A DNA stretch of 64,000 nucleotides from Verrucomicrobiota bacterium (GTDB lineage Bacteria > Verrucomicrobiota > Verrucomicrobiia > Opitutales > Cerasicoccaceae): assembly GCA_039818205.1 (NCBI GenBank), contig JBCBUK010000001.1, positions 96,001 to 160,000 of the forward strand. Reading direction: 5' to 3'. Of the stretch, positions 1 through 9,096 are shown in pieces. Made by a program: the position numbers and the translations under genes. Below the pieces are notes generated by a model that saw nothing but the letters and a program-made list of their open reading frames with translations, was not told the origin of the DNA and did no database searches. Positions within the stretch are counted from its first letter, which is position 1. Every line of letters starts with the position of its first letter.

Positions 1-465
1 TTTGTTGAGAGAGTCGTAGAACTTCTTTGTATTCGGTAACCGTCGAACCGCTTTCAGAAAATCATCTGGAACCTCCATCTCACTCGCAGGGGCATAGGCG
101 TTGTCCCAGCGACCATCCTCTTTAGCCGCGTCGACAGCCGCTACCCCCGGTGGTTTCAGTCTCCCCTCCTTTATCAACCTTTCAACGTGCTCGGTGTTTC
201 TCTTGGACCAAATACTATTGCGCCTCCTCGGGGTGATACGTTGCAAATAGGCGTGCTCATCAAGTGATTTCTTGATCCCATCGATCCAGCCCCAACAAAG
301 CGTTTCAATTACGATTTCCGACCAGGTCACACTCTGTTTGCCTGACCCTTTCTTATAGATTTTTACCCACAACTCACTCTCAACCGCATGGTTGATCTTC
401 AGCCACCTATTGAGATCCTCTGGTCTTTCGAAGCTATGAATTTTCGTTGGGTCGGGATCCGGCAT
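1..465 (-). CDS. YdeI/OmpD-associated family protein (3' end runs off the window)
   Basis: Not in the ORF track. Manual translation from ATG at 465: MPDPDPTKIHSFERPEDLNRWLKINHAVESELWVKIYKKGSGKQSVTWSEIVIETLCWGWIDG...ITPRRRNSIWSKRN...DGRWDNAY. The LCWGWIDG and PRRxxSxWS motifs are typical of YdeI. Confidence 0.9.
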   Translation of the reverse strand, partial: MPDPDPTKIHSFERPEDLNRWLKINHAVESELWVKIYKKGSGKQSVTWSEIVIETLCWGWIDGIKKSLDEHAYLQRITPRRRNSIWSKRNTEHVERLIKEGRLKPPGVAAVDAAKEDGRWDNAYAPASEMEVPDDFLKAVRRLPNTKKFYDSLNK

Positions 466-836
466 TGGATTGGCGTGATTGACGGAACTCTAATAAATGC
501 GGCCTCGCCTTCGGTCAACTCCATCCGCCTAAGCAAACGTGAAGACTAGAAGGCAACACCATGCCCGGAACAATGATTCTCTAAGCTAATTACTGGATTC
601 CAATTCCCTTCCTCTCGATTCTTACCGCTGGTTCTCAAGCAAACTGCAAAACCGTCCGATCGGACCTCCGCGATAACATGGACTGACTCCCGCTTCAGAG
701 CGTCACCGAACAAGACTTGATGCGAACGGCAAAACACCACCGCACCCAGGCCTTGCTAATTCAAATCGACAACAGCTAATGAACCTGATTCAGGGGCAAT
801 CAGCTCGATTCAATACCGCCTCGAACACACTTACCG

Positions 837-1514
837 CTATTTCAACGGTTCGAATTGGATTGAGCCATCGAGGTAAAGCATCCCAACCTGGTAGCCGTAT
901 TCGCTACCGTCACCAACACCGCTTCCGGTACGGCTGAGTTTGTCGGGAACTGTTTTCAGCAGAAAGAAATCGTGCGGTTTCGCCACCTGTGCATAAACCC
1001 GCGATCGCGGTAGCGGACTATCGGCAAACGAACCATCTTCGGCCTTATTTCCGGCATACCCCCAGATTGGTTGTTTCTCTCCGTGAGATCCGATGAAATT
1101 ACGTCCTACATTCGCAATATATAGTTTCGCTGCCGGATCTTCTCGTTTGTCCTCTAATTTAAAATTGGGAACAAAGCCCTCCAAGGGAACTTGTTTAGGG
1201 TCAGTGTTTGTATTACCGGTTAAATAGGTTTCTAAATACTTAGACAATTGCCCATTTTGCCCGCCTCCAACTAAACCACTTTGCCAAAACCACACAGGCC
1301 CGGGAAGGGAGTCACTATGATCAACTGCATAGAGTTCAATACCCTGGTAAATCGTGCGCATTGAATGGGTACCTTGCGTGATGTTTGCGCGCTGACGAAC
1401 GCTTCCAAAAACGCCGAATAGAATGGACGCAAGGATCGCGACGACCGCGACAGAGACAAGCAGCTCAATCAACGTGAAGCCACGGTATAGTGAAGGGCAA
1501 TAATTTCTTTTCAT
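837..1514 (-). CDS. Prepilin-type N-terminal cleavage/methylation domain protein (PVC-type, H-X9-DG-like C-terminus)
   Basis: RGFTLIELLVSVAVVAILASIL class III signal; C-terminal YGYQVGMLYLDG. Start moved to ATG 1514 (MKRNY) because a promoter lies at 1542-1607. Confidence 0.85.
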   Translation of the reverse strand: MKRNYCPSLYRGFTLIELLVSVAVVAILASILFGVFGSVRQRANITQGTHSMRTIYQGIELYAVDHSDSLPGPVWFWQSGLVGGGQNGQLSKYLETYLTGNTNTDPKQVPLEGFVPNFKLEDKREDPAAKLYIANVGRNFIGSHGEKQPIWGYAGNKAEDGSFADSPLPRSRVYAQVAKPHDFFLLKTVPDKLSRTGSGVGDGSEYGYQVGMLYLDGSIQFEPLK

Positions 1515-1541
1515 CGGGATAATAGTTGAAAAACTAGAAAT

Positions 1542-1607
1542 AGAATAGCTCACCGCACCATTTAAACCAAGAGCACTTTTGCGCAAAGGCACCCCGAGAC
1601 AACCGCA
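1542..1607 (-). promoter_or_regulatory. Regulon promoter: TGCGGT-N16-TGCGCA-N9-TTGGTT-N17-TATTCT
   Basis: Read directly; same spacing as six other promoters in this locus. Confidence 0.65.
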
Positions 1608-1676
1608 GCTAATCCCTGAAATAAATAGCCATATAACGAACCACTTAGAAGCTCCAGATTGGCTCTATATAACTAA

Positions 1677-3887
1677 CTAATCTTCAACAGTTACTCGATA
1701 AAATCTCGATGATGTTGATAGACTATCGCTCAACTCAAGAATATTCCCGGTCCCCAAAATGTCCTGACGAATTGGCAGCCAACCGGAATCCAGCTGGTTC
1801 GAGGCTTCGAGCGAGTATACCCTACCCTCTTCGGAGCTAAAGGACACAATGATCTCGCCACTAGAAGTGCTTTGAATCGTCACCAAAGGCCAGTTTGTCG
1901 AATCCCGTGGGCTAGTACCGAACGAAAACTCAGTTTGATTGTCATAACCATCAAAGTCCTCATCTCCTAGCGGATCATATAGCTGGTGTGAAGCCATCCA
2001 TCGATCCATATCGGAGCCTGGAACAGTAAGAATCAATCGCGGTTGGTTTGCCGCTGCTCCCTCGCTTGAGATGAATGATACATCGTTACCCGAGAGATGC
2101 TCAATGATGAGGCTCAGGCTTGTTTCACCATCAAGCTCAGTGGCATCGAGCGCCCATTGATAAGTTTCATTGCTCGCAAATGCTCGATTTTGGGTAGCTA
2201 ACTGAACGGTGCTTGTCGGCGCATTGGATTGACCGAGATTCTGCTCGGTCCACGCAGTATTGTTACCCTTATCGATATCGATTCGGCCACTTCCATTATC
2301 CGAACCAACGGATAAATCGAGCCGTGCATTTGTGATGCCGCCAGGAACCTCAGAAAGATCGAATTTCAGATACGATATACGCCGACCGCTCTCGACCCTT
2401 AAGACATTCGTATTGTAACGCTGTCCATTTTGCAGGTAAGCATCTTCAATCGGTTGCAACTCAAATGTGCGTTCAGTTGCGGGAAGAACGGTGACTGAAA
2501 CTGACGCCGAAAATCCTCCATCGACCGTGGTCGCAGTTATCACCGTTTCTCCGCGTTTGGCTCCGGCAACTCGACCCAACCGATCGACGGTCGCGATCAG
2601 CGGATCAGCAGAACTCCAAGTCACTGACTGGTTTGTGGCGTTGGCAGGGGCTATCACTGACCGAAAACCAGTTTCTGCCCCTTCTTCGACATACTCCGAA
2701 TCCGTTTCTACAGAGAGGCCTTCTACAACTACTGGTGGCCCGAGCACAATTGGATAGAGCGTTCCGCCGGAAGGAGGGCCAGCGGCGTAAGGCGTAAAAT
2801 TCGTGAGCGGATTCGCTGGCTTCACCTCATGGGGCCCAAAGTAGACAATGTTCGGATCCGACCACGGACGTGTCCCACCGTGATTGTACTCAATGACATC
2901 GTTCTTATAGATGTAATTGGGTCTGGCGGAAAGGTCGTGCTGAATGGACCAAGGACCCATAATCGAGAAATAGTTCGGACTACCGTTCGGCATATCCGCT
3001 GGGATATGGATTCGGTTGTTCTCGATCAAATTATCACCGTCGTCACCACTGTGAAAGCTGACCTCCTGCTCAAAATCGTTATCATAGACAACATTGTAGC
3101 GAACCCCGTCTCCCTGCAATGAGATGTGGCGCAAGTGAGTGATGTAGCACTTAGTAACTAAGTTATAGCCATCAAGGATGAAGAAGTATCCATGTGCGCC
3201 GCCGTGCTTATTGAATACTCCGTCGATATGGCAGTTCCGAATGGTGACGTGATCTGACGAGACGCGAACCGGAAAATCGGCACTATTCAAGATGTTGCAA
3301 TCGTCGATCCAGCAATCCGTAACCCGATGAAAGAAAACGGATATATTTTCATTTCCAGGGAGCTCGTTATTTGCGTTCGTACCGATATTCCAATCATACT
3401 TTGGGACACCCCAGCCACCCCTAATGGAGAGCCGATAGATTCCTGCGTACCGTATGCCATCTCTGAATTCAAATGCCCCACTGTTGGCGGTCATCGACGG
3501 GTTGATAATACACTGCACCCCCTCACGACTCTCACCAACCAGCGCTACTCCGGACTTGAGCTTTACTTCGTCGTTGATGTCGTAGGTGCCATTTTCCAAT
3601 AGGACTGCCCCGCCACCTTCTGCCTCAACGGCATTGATCGCGGCATTGATTGCCGCACTATCGGAGCCTCCAGAAACAGTTCGAACAATAACCAAGTTCT
3701 CGATTAATGGTATCCCGCCGCGGACTCCCGCTCGGATCCAATGTTCCATCTGGGGATAGTCGGGATCAAATTTACTTTCGTCGAAAGTGACACCTTGGTC
3801 ACCAATTTCGAGTGCCAGGAGCGGCGAAGCCTTCCAGCAATGGCATGCAAAGACGGAGAGGCAGATCAACAAAGCACGGGTAGTCAT
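1677..3887 (-). CDS. Secreted right-handed beta-helix (pectate-lyase-like) protein with Big_2 Ig domain, CBM96/DNRLRE-like domain and Verrucomicrobia-type C-terminal domain
   Basis: Signal peptide; DSAAINAAI...GGAVLLENGTY beta-helix start; IAPANATNQSVTWSSADPLIATVD (Big_2); PIEDAYLQNG...RISYLKFDLS (CBM96-like); GDEDFDGYDNQTEFSFGTSP...FYRVTVE tail. Confidence 0.75.
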   Translation of the reverse strand: MTTRALLICLSVFACHCWKASPLLALEIGDQGVTFDESKFDPDYPQMEHWIRAGVRGGIPLIENLVIVRTVSGGSDSAAINAAINAVEAEGGGAVLLENGTYDINDEVKLKSGVALVGESREGVQCIINPSMTANSGAFEFRDGIRYAGIYRLSIRGGWGVPKYDWNIGTNANNELPGNENISVFFHRVTDCWIDDCNILNSADFPVRVSSDHVTIRNCHIDGVFNKHGGAHGYFFILDGYNLVTKCYITHLRHISLQGDGVRYNVVYDNDFEQEVSFHSGDDGDNLIENNRIHIPADMPNGSPNYFSIMGPWSIQHDLSARPNYIYKNDVIEYNHGGTRPWSDPNIVYFGPHEVKPANPLTNFTPYAAGPPSGGTLYPIVLGPPVVVEGLSVETDSEYVEEGAETGFRSVIAPANATNQSVTWSSADPLIATVDRLGRVAGAKRGETVITATTVDGGFSASVSVTVLPATERTFELQPIEDAYLQNGQRYNTNVLRVESGRRISYLKFDLSEVPGGITNARLDLSVGSDNGSGRIDIDKGNNTAWTEQNLGQSNAPTSTVQLATQNRAFASNETYQWALDATELDGETSLSLIIEHLSGNDVSFISSEGAAANQPRLILTVPGSDMDRWMASHQLYDPLGDEDFDGYDNQTEFSFGTSPRDSTNWPLVTIQSTSSGEIIVSFSSEEGRVYSLEASNQLDSGWLPIRQDILGTGNILELSDSLSTSSRFYRVTVED

Positions 3888-3935
3888 GTTGTCAGCGGAT
3901 GAGGGTGGAGATAACAATGCGAGGACGGACCCTGT

Positions 3936-4003
3936 ATTATAGGGCCACAGGTCACATAAGGAACAACACCAATTATCCGCAAACAGGCGTCAATATTTAC
4001 GCA
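3936..4003 (-). promoter_or_regulatory. Regulon promoter: TGCGTA-N16-TGCGGA-N9-TTGTTC-N19-TATAAT
   Basis: Read directly; perfect -10 box upstream of the 3887 start. Confidence 0.7.
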
Positions 4004-4096
4004 AAGCAAAGCCCGACGATTTCCAAGCTTAGAGACTTACTCCATCTGCACTTGTCAAACGCTCGAGGGCGAAGCCCTGAGCACCGCAGCAATTCC

Positions 4097-5563
4097 TTAG
4101 AAAACCACTTTCAAACAGTAACAAAGATCTCGGCTAAGCGCTGCCGGAAGAGTCACTTTCAGAGCGGTATCATCCTGGACCCAATCAATGTCCTGGTCGG
4201 AACCAAGCAACGATACACTCGTGACTCGGCCATCCTCTGAGCTCAACGACAAAGATTTTAGGGCAGCGACTCCACCGTCGTCTGGATATACCATTCCGGT
4301 CACATAGATCGCTCCACTTTTCGTCGTGAATCGAAAATCTTCCGACGTGTATTCCAACTCTTTTTTCTCGAGCATGTGCCCACCCTGCGGGCGAGTCGGT
4401 CCCTCTCCATACTGCTTCCAGGGACGAGTGCCATAAATCGCTTCACCATTTACTTGAATCCAAGCGCCAATGGCTTCCAAGAGGCTCAGCTCTTCCGCAT
4501 CCAAAGTTCCATCTGGCATGAGTGGGACATTGAGAAGCAGGTTGCCGTTTTTACTGACAATATCCACCAGCATTTCGATCACCTGCCGTGGCGTCTTGTA
4601 GGTGACCTCCTTTTGATAATACCACTTTCCGATGCAGGTGTCGGTCTGCCATGGATCTTCCTGAATCTCGCCGACAACCCCACGCTCGAGATCAACCACG
4701 CCGATCCCATCGACAAAATCACCGAATAGATTCTCATCCTCACCGTGTCCAACTGCCTCTGGATATTGGTTTCCATCTTTGTAGTTGTAGACGACATCCA
4801 TTTTCCCGCCGTGCCAGTCGAGGGATTGGTTGTAGTAGTTAGCCAACATACGGCGGCCATACTCGCCAAACGGAACACCGCCATCAGTATAAATCAAATC
4901 GGGTTGATACTTCTCGACAAAATCGGCAATTCGATCCGACCAGTCTTCAATGAAGGTAACCGGTGGGTTGCGTGGATACTCGTGCGAGGTATCCGGATGT
5001 GGCTCGTAGTAAAAGTCCTGAAAGTCTGGATTCGCTCCGTCATAGGGAACGCCTTTGTACGGTCCTGATTTGTCGCTACCTTTGTTCGTGTTGAACCAGC
5101 TGTAGGAGCGTTCATGGTGTTCAGTGATACCGAATCGAAGACCAGCTTTTCGGGCGGCCTTCTCCCACATACCAACGATATCTTTCTTCGGTCCGATGTT
5201 TACAGAGTTCCAGCGATTGTGTTTCGAGTCCCAGCAATCGAAGTTGTCGTGATGAACACCGCAAGTGGTGAAGTAGCGAGCACCAGTCTTGATGTACAGC
5301 TGAATGAGCGACTCGGGATCAAATTTCTCTGCCTTCCAGAGCGGTAAGATATCTTTGTACCCAAACTCTGACGGGTGGCCGTAATGCTTCAGGTGATGTT
5401 CATAATTGGGATGACCCTCCATATACATCTGGCGGGCATACCAGTCACCAACCATCGGAACCGCTTGAGGCCCCCAGTGCGCCCAAATACCAAACTTCGC
5501 GTCACGAAACCACTCTGGGCATTGATATTGTTGAAGGGAGTTCCAAGTCGGTTCAAATTGCAT
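4097..5563 (-). CDS. Alpha-L-fucosidase, GH29 (no signal peptide)
   Basis: WFRDAKFGIWAHWG, HHDNF, YTDG, WQTDTCIG, DIVSKNGNLLLN, WIQVNGEAIYGTRPW motifs. Confidence 0.93.
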   Translation of the reverse strand: MQFEPTWNSLQQYQCPEWFRDAKFGIWAHWGPQAVPMVGDWYARQMYMEGHPNYEHHLKHYGHPSEFGYKDILPLWKAEKFDPESLIQLYIKTGARYFTTCGVHHDNFDCWDSKHNRWNSVNIGPKKDIVGMWEKAARKAGLRFGITEHHERSYSWFNTNKGSDKSGPYKGVPYDGANPDFQDFYYEPHPDTSHEYPRNPPVTFIEDWSDRIADFVEKYQPDLIYTDGGVPFGEYGRRMLANYYNQSLDWHGGKMDVVYNYKDGNQYPEAVGHGEDENLFGDFVDGIGVVDLERGVVGEIQEDPWQTDTCIGKWYYQKEVTYKTPRQVIEMLVDIVSKNGNLLLNVPLMPDGTLDAEELSLLEAIGAWIQVNGEAIYGTRPWKQYGEGPTRPQGGHMLEKKELEYTSEDFRFTTKSGAIYVTGMVYPDDGGVAALKSLSLSSEDGRVTSVSLLGSDQDIDWVQDDTALKVTLPAALSRDLCYCLKVVF

Positions 5564-5599
5564 CGTAAAAACTGGGATTTAGTTTGACAGTAAACTGTT

Positions 5600-5703
5600 T
5601 ATTTAGGCCGAGTAAGACCCGAAGGTCAAAACTCGCATTGCGCAATCAACCCCTAACTTTGCGCACATTCAGAGTTGAGTCAATCAGCCACAGGAATCAG
5701 ATT
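5600..5703. promoter_or_regulatory. Divergent regulon promoters sharing one pair of TGCGCA boxes (5639-5644, 5660-5665)
   Basis: Minus strand: box-N9-TTGACC-N18-TAAATA. Plus strand: box-N9-TTGAGT-N17-CAGATT. Confidence 0.7.
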
Positions 5704-5772
5704 TTCACCACTGACTTGTTGCAGTATTTCCAAATATGACGCCCAGCGTTGTAACCCCCGTAGAGCAGAACA

Positions 5773-7434
5773 ATGAAGCAGCCGATTTACTTCCTCTTTC
5801 TCGCATTGGTCACGAGTGCGTTTGCAAATACTCCTGATGTTTGGAAACAATACGTGAATGATTACAAGGCGGGGCAACCATCCACCCTCCCCGACTATTC
5901 CTGGGCCGGCTATAAGTACGGTACCGAGGCCATTCCAGATGTCGATTGGAAGGAGTTTAATGTGGTCGATTTTGGTGCTATTCCTAACGATGGCAAATCT
6001 GACTACGAAGCGATTCAGAAAACAATTCGGGCCGCAGAAGCGCATGGATCTGGCGTAGTGTTTTTCCCACCGGGCAGGTTTCTGGTCGCTGAGCGCGAAG
6101 ACATCGAAAAAGGTATTACGATCAACGGTGCCAACATCGTATTACGCGGTAGCGGCAGTGGCGTAAACGGGACCGAGATTCACCAGAAGAACCACTATCT
6201 CCCGGCCGATCCGAAGAAGCTTTGGACGGTTCCCCCGGTTTTTGTATTCAGCCACCCTTCCAGCCGGGTATTCCTGTCTCGCTATCGAAACGAGGCGCAT
6301 AAGCTAGCGACGGTTGTTGAATCAGCCAAACGCGAATCATTTTCTATCGTGCTCAACAATGCTTCGGAAGTTCAAGCTGGGCAGACAGTCATGCTATGCG
6401 CTCGTAGCATCGATCTGAACGAGCAATTCCTATTGGGACTAAAACCACGGAAGATCTTTAGTGAAATCGTCGAGAATGGGGTTTCCGTCTCGGAAAAGCA
6501 CATAGTGAAGTCAGTCGATGGAAACCGAGTCACCTTCGTAGAACCAATTCGCTTCGACATTGATCCCAACATTACTTGGACGCTTTACGACTACCCGATG
6601 ATCGAAGGATGGGGCGTCGAAGATATTCATTTTACAGGCAACTGTCCGGTTCCATTTGTTCATCACAAGAACTTTATTCACGATAGCGGATTCCAAGCGG
6701 TAGCGATGGAAAAAGGACGCAACTGCTGGATACGCCGATGCCGTTTTACCAACATGACACAGGCTTATAAGGCGTCTGGCTGCATTGCTTCATCGTTCAT
6801 TCTCAACACGATTGACGGTCATCAAGGGCATGGAAATTTCAACATGAACTGGGGTGGCGGCAACATGATCGGCCTCTCCCAAGACCTTACCGACAAGGGC
6901 TCATTCCATGGATGCGGCATTTCCCACGAGAACATTAGTGGAGTCATTTGGCGCTACGAGTCGGTCGGTAGCACGGACACAACCCCGCGCTGCGGTGGAC
7001 CAGATTTTCACGCCCAATTTCCATTCTGCTCCCTTTGGGATGCATGTAAGGCCAACCTCATGGACAATGGAGGCAACTACAAGCTACAGCCAAATCATCT
7101 GCGTGACCTTACGTTCTGGAATTTTGAGCAGATCGGAGAAGCGGTATACTATGATTACTGGGCAATACCCGAATCGAAATCGCAAGAGAAAAACCGCTAC
7201 TTCGGTGGGTGCAAGTTGGTCTTTCCAAACTACATCGGCTTTCACGGCGTTAAAACTACCTTCAATCAAGATCACCTCGGAGTATTTGAGTCTTACGGGA
7301 AGCCAGTACAACCTGAATCACTTTACGAGGCACAGCTTGAGCTGCGCCTTGGTCATGCCCCTTCGTGGGTTTCTGATGCGAAAGCCGAATGGTCTCAGCT
7401 AAAGCGAGCGCATCGGGCGGCTCACTCTCAATAA
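5773..7434 (+). CDS. DUF4955-domain beta-helix protein, putative PL29-like glycosaminoglycan lyase
   Basis: Signal peptide; LPDYSWAGY, FNVVDFGAIPNDGKSD, VFFPPGRF; C-terminal LTFWNF...PESLYEAQLELRLG. The DUF4955/PL29 link is recalled from B. thetaiotaomicron BT3328. Confidence 0.75.
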   Translation: MKQPIYFLFLALVTSAFANTPDVWKQYVNDYKAGQPSTLPDYSWAGYKYGTEAIPDVDWKEFNVVDFGAIPNDGKSDYEAIQKTIRAAEAHGSGVVFFPPGRFLVAEREDIEKGITINGANIVLRGSGSGVNGTEIHQKNHYLPADPKKLWTVPPVFVFSHPSSRVFLSRYRNEAHKLATVVESAKRESFSIVLNNASEVQAGQTVMLCARSIDLNEQFLLGLKPRKIFSEIVENGVSVSEKHIVKSVDGNRVTFVEPIRFDIDPNITWTLYDYPMIEGWGVEDIHFTGNCPVPFVHHKNFIHDSGFQAVAMEKGRNCWIRRCRFTNMTQAYKASGCIASSFILNTIDGHQGHGNFNMNWGGGNMIGLSQDLTDKGSFHGCGISHENISGVIWRYESVGSTDTTPRCGGPDFHAQFPFCSLWDACKANLMDNGGNYKLQPNHLRDLTFWNFEQIGEAVYYDYWAIPESKSQEKNRYFGGCKLVFPNYIGFHGVKTTFNQDHLGVFESYGKPVQPESLYEAQLELRLGHAPSWVSDAKAEWSQLKRAHRAAHSQ

Positions 7435-7474
7435 TCGGATTAAGCGCTCGCTCCAGGGCGCACAACCCCTCTGC

Positions 7475-7510
7475 TTACTCGAGAGTAAAAAGCTTACTTA
7501 TCTCGAGTAA
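7475..7510. repeat. Inverted repeat TTACTCGAGA...TCTCGAGTAA (hairpin or operator)
   Basis: 10-bp perfect arms at 7475-7484 and 7501-7510, 40 nt after the stop of 5773..7434. Confidence 0.55.
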
Positions 7511-7526
7511 ATTAGAACTCTATAGC

Positions 7527-7591
7527 TGCGCAAAATGGAAAACGTTATGCGTAAATAATTCCTAGTGTATGATGAGCTTTAAATTAATACT
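7527..7591 (+). promoter_or_regulatory. Regulon promoter: TGCGCA-N15-TGCGTA-N9-TAGTGT-N17-AATACT
   Basis: Read directly; the -35 has TAG instead of TTG. Confidence 0.6.
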
Positions 7592-7817
7592 ACTGCCATA
7601 CAAGGAACCAAAGGCCTCTACAGAAGCCAGCGTCTAAAGTCGTTTCTATCCCGCTCACGACCCCAGCTCAAATTCGAATAGACGATTTATCTAATATATC
7701 GAATTCAGCGGCTACATAACCCCAACCCCCGGAACTCCCCCGCCCAATCTCGTCTCTCTAATTCACGTCACATTGATGCTGAATTAATCATCCCCAAACA
7801 ACCCTCGTATAGTCACA

Positions 7818-9005
7818 ATGAAAGCAATCAGAAAGCTACTACCCCTTCAATCTACCCCGAGACTCATTGTACTCGTTGCTACAGCATGCCTACTCATACC
7901 CCTTGCCCAGGCTAGAACCGTCAACGTTACCCCTAGCAACTTTGCTAGCAAACTAAGCAGTGGCATTGCCAACGGGGATACTGTTATTCTCGCTGGTGGT
8001 AACTACACCATGACAACGGCAATGTGGAACAATGTCGCGTCAAAATCTAATGTACGCTACTATGGCAATGGACGTTATGGTAGTAATCCCACGGTTCTAA
8101 ATTCAACTGGAACTAGGATGCCCCGGGTTCGCATCGATGGCAAAGGCGCCACCATATTCCAAGGAATGCGCATCTTGAACGCGGCCCTATTCTTGCGCAA
8201 CTGTAACAACCATCGATTGAACTACATCTACGCCGAGACTACTCGAAAGCCTCAGTTTGCTGGCGATAGCCTTTTCAATGGTTTCTTGGCTCGAGGCTAT
8301 CAGACAAATCTCGATTCGGCCTGGAGATTTCGCAATGAGACTGGCAAAGCCTACTCGACCAATAGCCCTACCGGATACACGTTCAATAACACCGACTGCA
8401 CCAACTCAAGCGACGTAAAGGGCGCGGTTGACGTTAGCCGGATTCAAGGCAGCGGTGTGGTCACAATCAGTGGTGCAAACGCGTCTCGCTGGTGGAATGC
8501 GCCTACCGGCGGTCGCGATTTCGAAGACCATGGCATCTACGTACGCTCAGGTTCAGTAAACCAACAGATCAAGATCGACAATTGCAGCATGAAAGGCTGG
8601 ACCGATACCGGTGCTGGACAAATGGTCAAGATCAAGGCAACCCAGAATGTTGTTGCTGATCGCATCACAGGCAATCGCTCGGGCATCATTATCCGCACGG
8701 GCAACAATTTCTCGGGTGGCGGCGGAGATCAGATCACCAAGAGTATCTTGGTCAAGCGAAGCACCGTGAGTGCTGGCGACATCAACTGCTACTTTCAATA
8801 CAATGAAGGCGAAGCAATTCGCATCGAAAACAATACGATCCAAAATGGCACGGTTCAGATTAACAGCGTCAATACCAACCCGACCAAAATAAATCGTCGC
8901 CTTCGCCTCATCAGCACCGCTTTAGGGGGAGTATTCAACAACAAGACGAAACAAGCTCTCGATATCCGGAGTGGGATTCGAAACAGTGGAAACACTCGTC
9001 TCTAG
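7818..9005 (+). CDS. Secreted, basic, probable parallel beta-helix protein of unknown family
   Basis: Signal peptide ending AQA; TVNVTP...GDTVILAGGNY start typical of beta-helix lyases; EDHGIYV and IRIENNTI turns; rich in Asn, Gly and Arg. Confidence 0.6.
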   Translation: MKAIRKLLPLQSTPRLIVLVATACLLIPLAQARTVNVTPSNFASKLSSGIANGDTVILAGGNYTMTTAMWNNVASKSNVRYYGNGRYGSNPTVLNSTGTRMPRVRIDGKGATIFQGMRILNAALFLRNCNNHRLNYIYAETTRKPQFAGDSLFNGFLARGYQTNLDSAWRFRNETGKAYSTNSPTGYTFNNTDCTNSSDVKGAVDVSRIQGSGVVTISGANASRWWNAPTGGRDFEDHGIYVRSGSVNQQIKIDNCSMKGWTDTGAGQMVKIKATQNVVADRITGNRSGIIIRTGNNFSGGGGDQITKSILVKRSTVSAGDINCYFQYNEGEAIRIENNTIQNGTVQINSVNTNPTKINRRLRLISTALGGVFNNKTKQALDIRSGIRNSGNTRL

Positions 9006-9048
9006 TTAGGATATTCCTTAGAACAAACAAAAGGGGTTACACAACCGG

Positions 9049-9078
9049 TGCCTCTCAGTCTTGGGAGACTGAGAGGCA
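9049..9078. terminator. Perfect 13-bp hairpin (terminator or mRNA-stabilising)
   Basis: TGCCTCTCAGTCT-TGGG-AGACTGAGAGGCA; no long U tract. Confidence 0.65.
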
Positions 9079-9096
9079 TTGCCTCCCCGAATTCTG

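Noticed and set aside
546..740. 64-aa ORF in the gap between the YdeI-like gene and the pilin-like gene
   Set aside because: No recognisable motif, GTG start; probably spurious.
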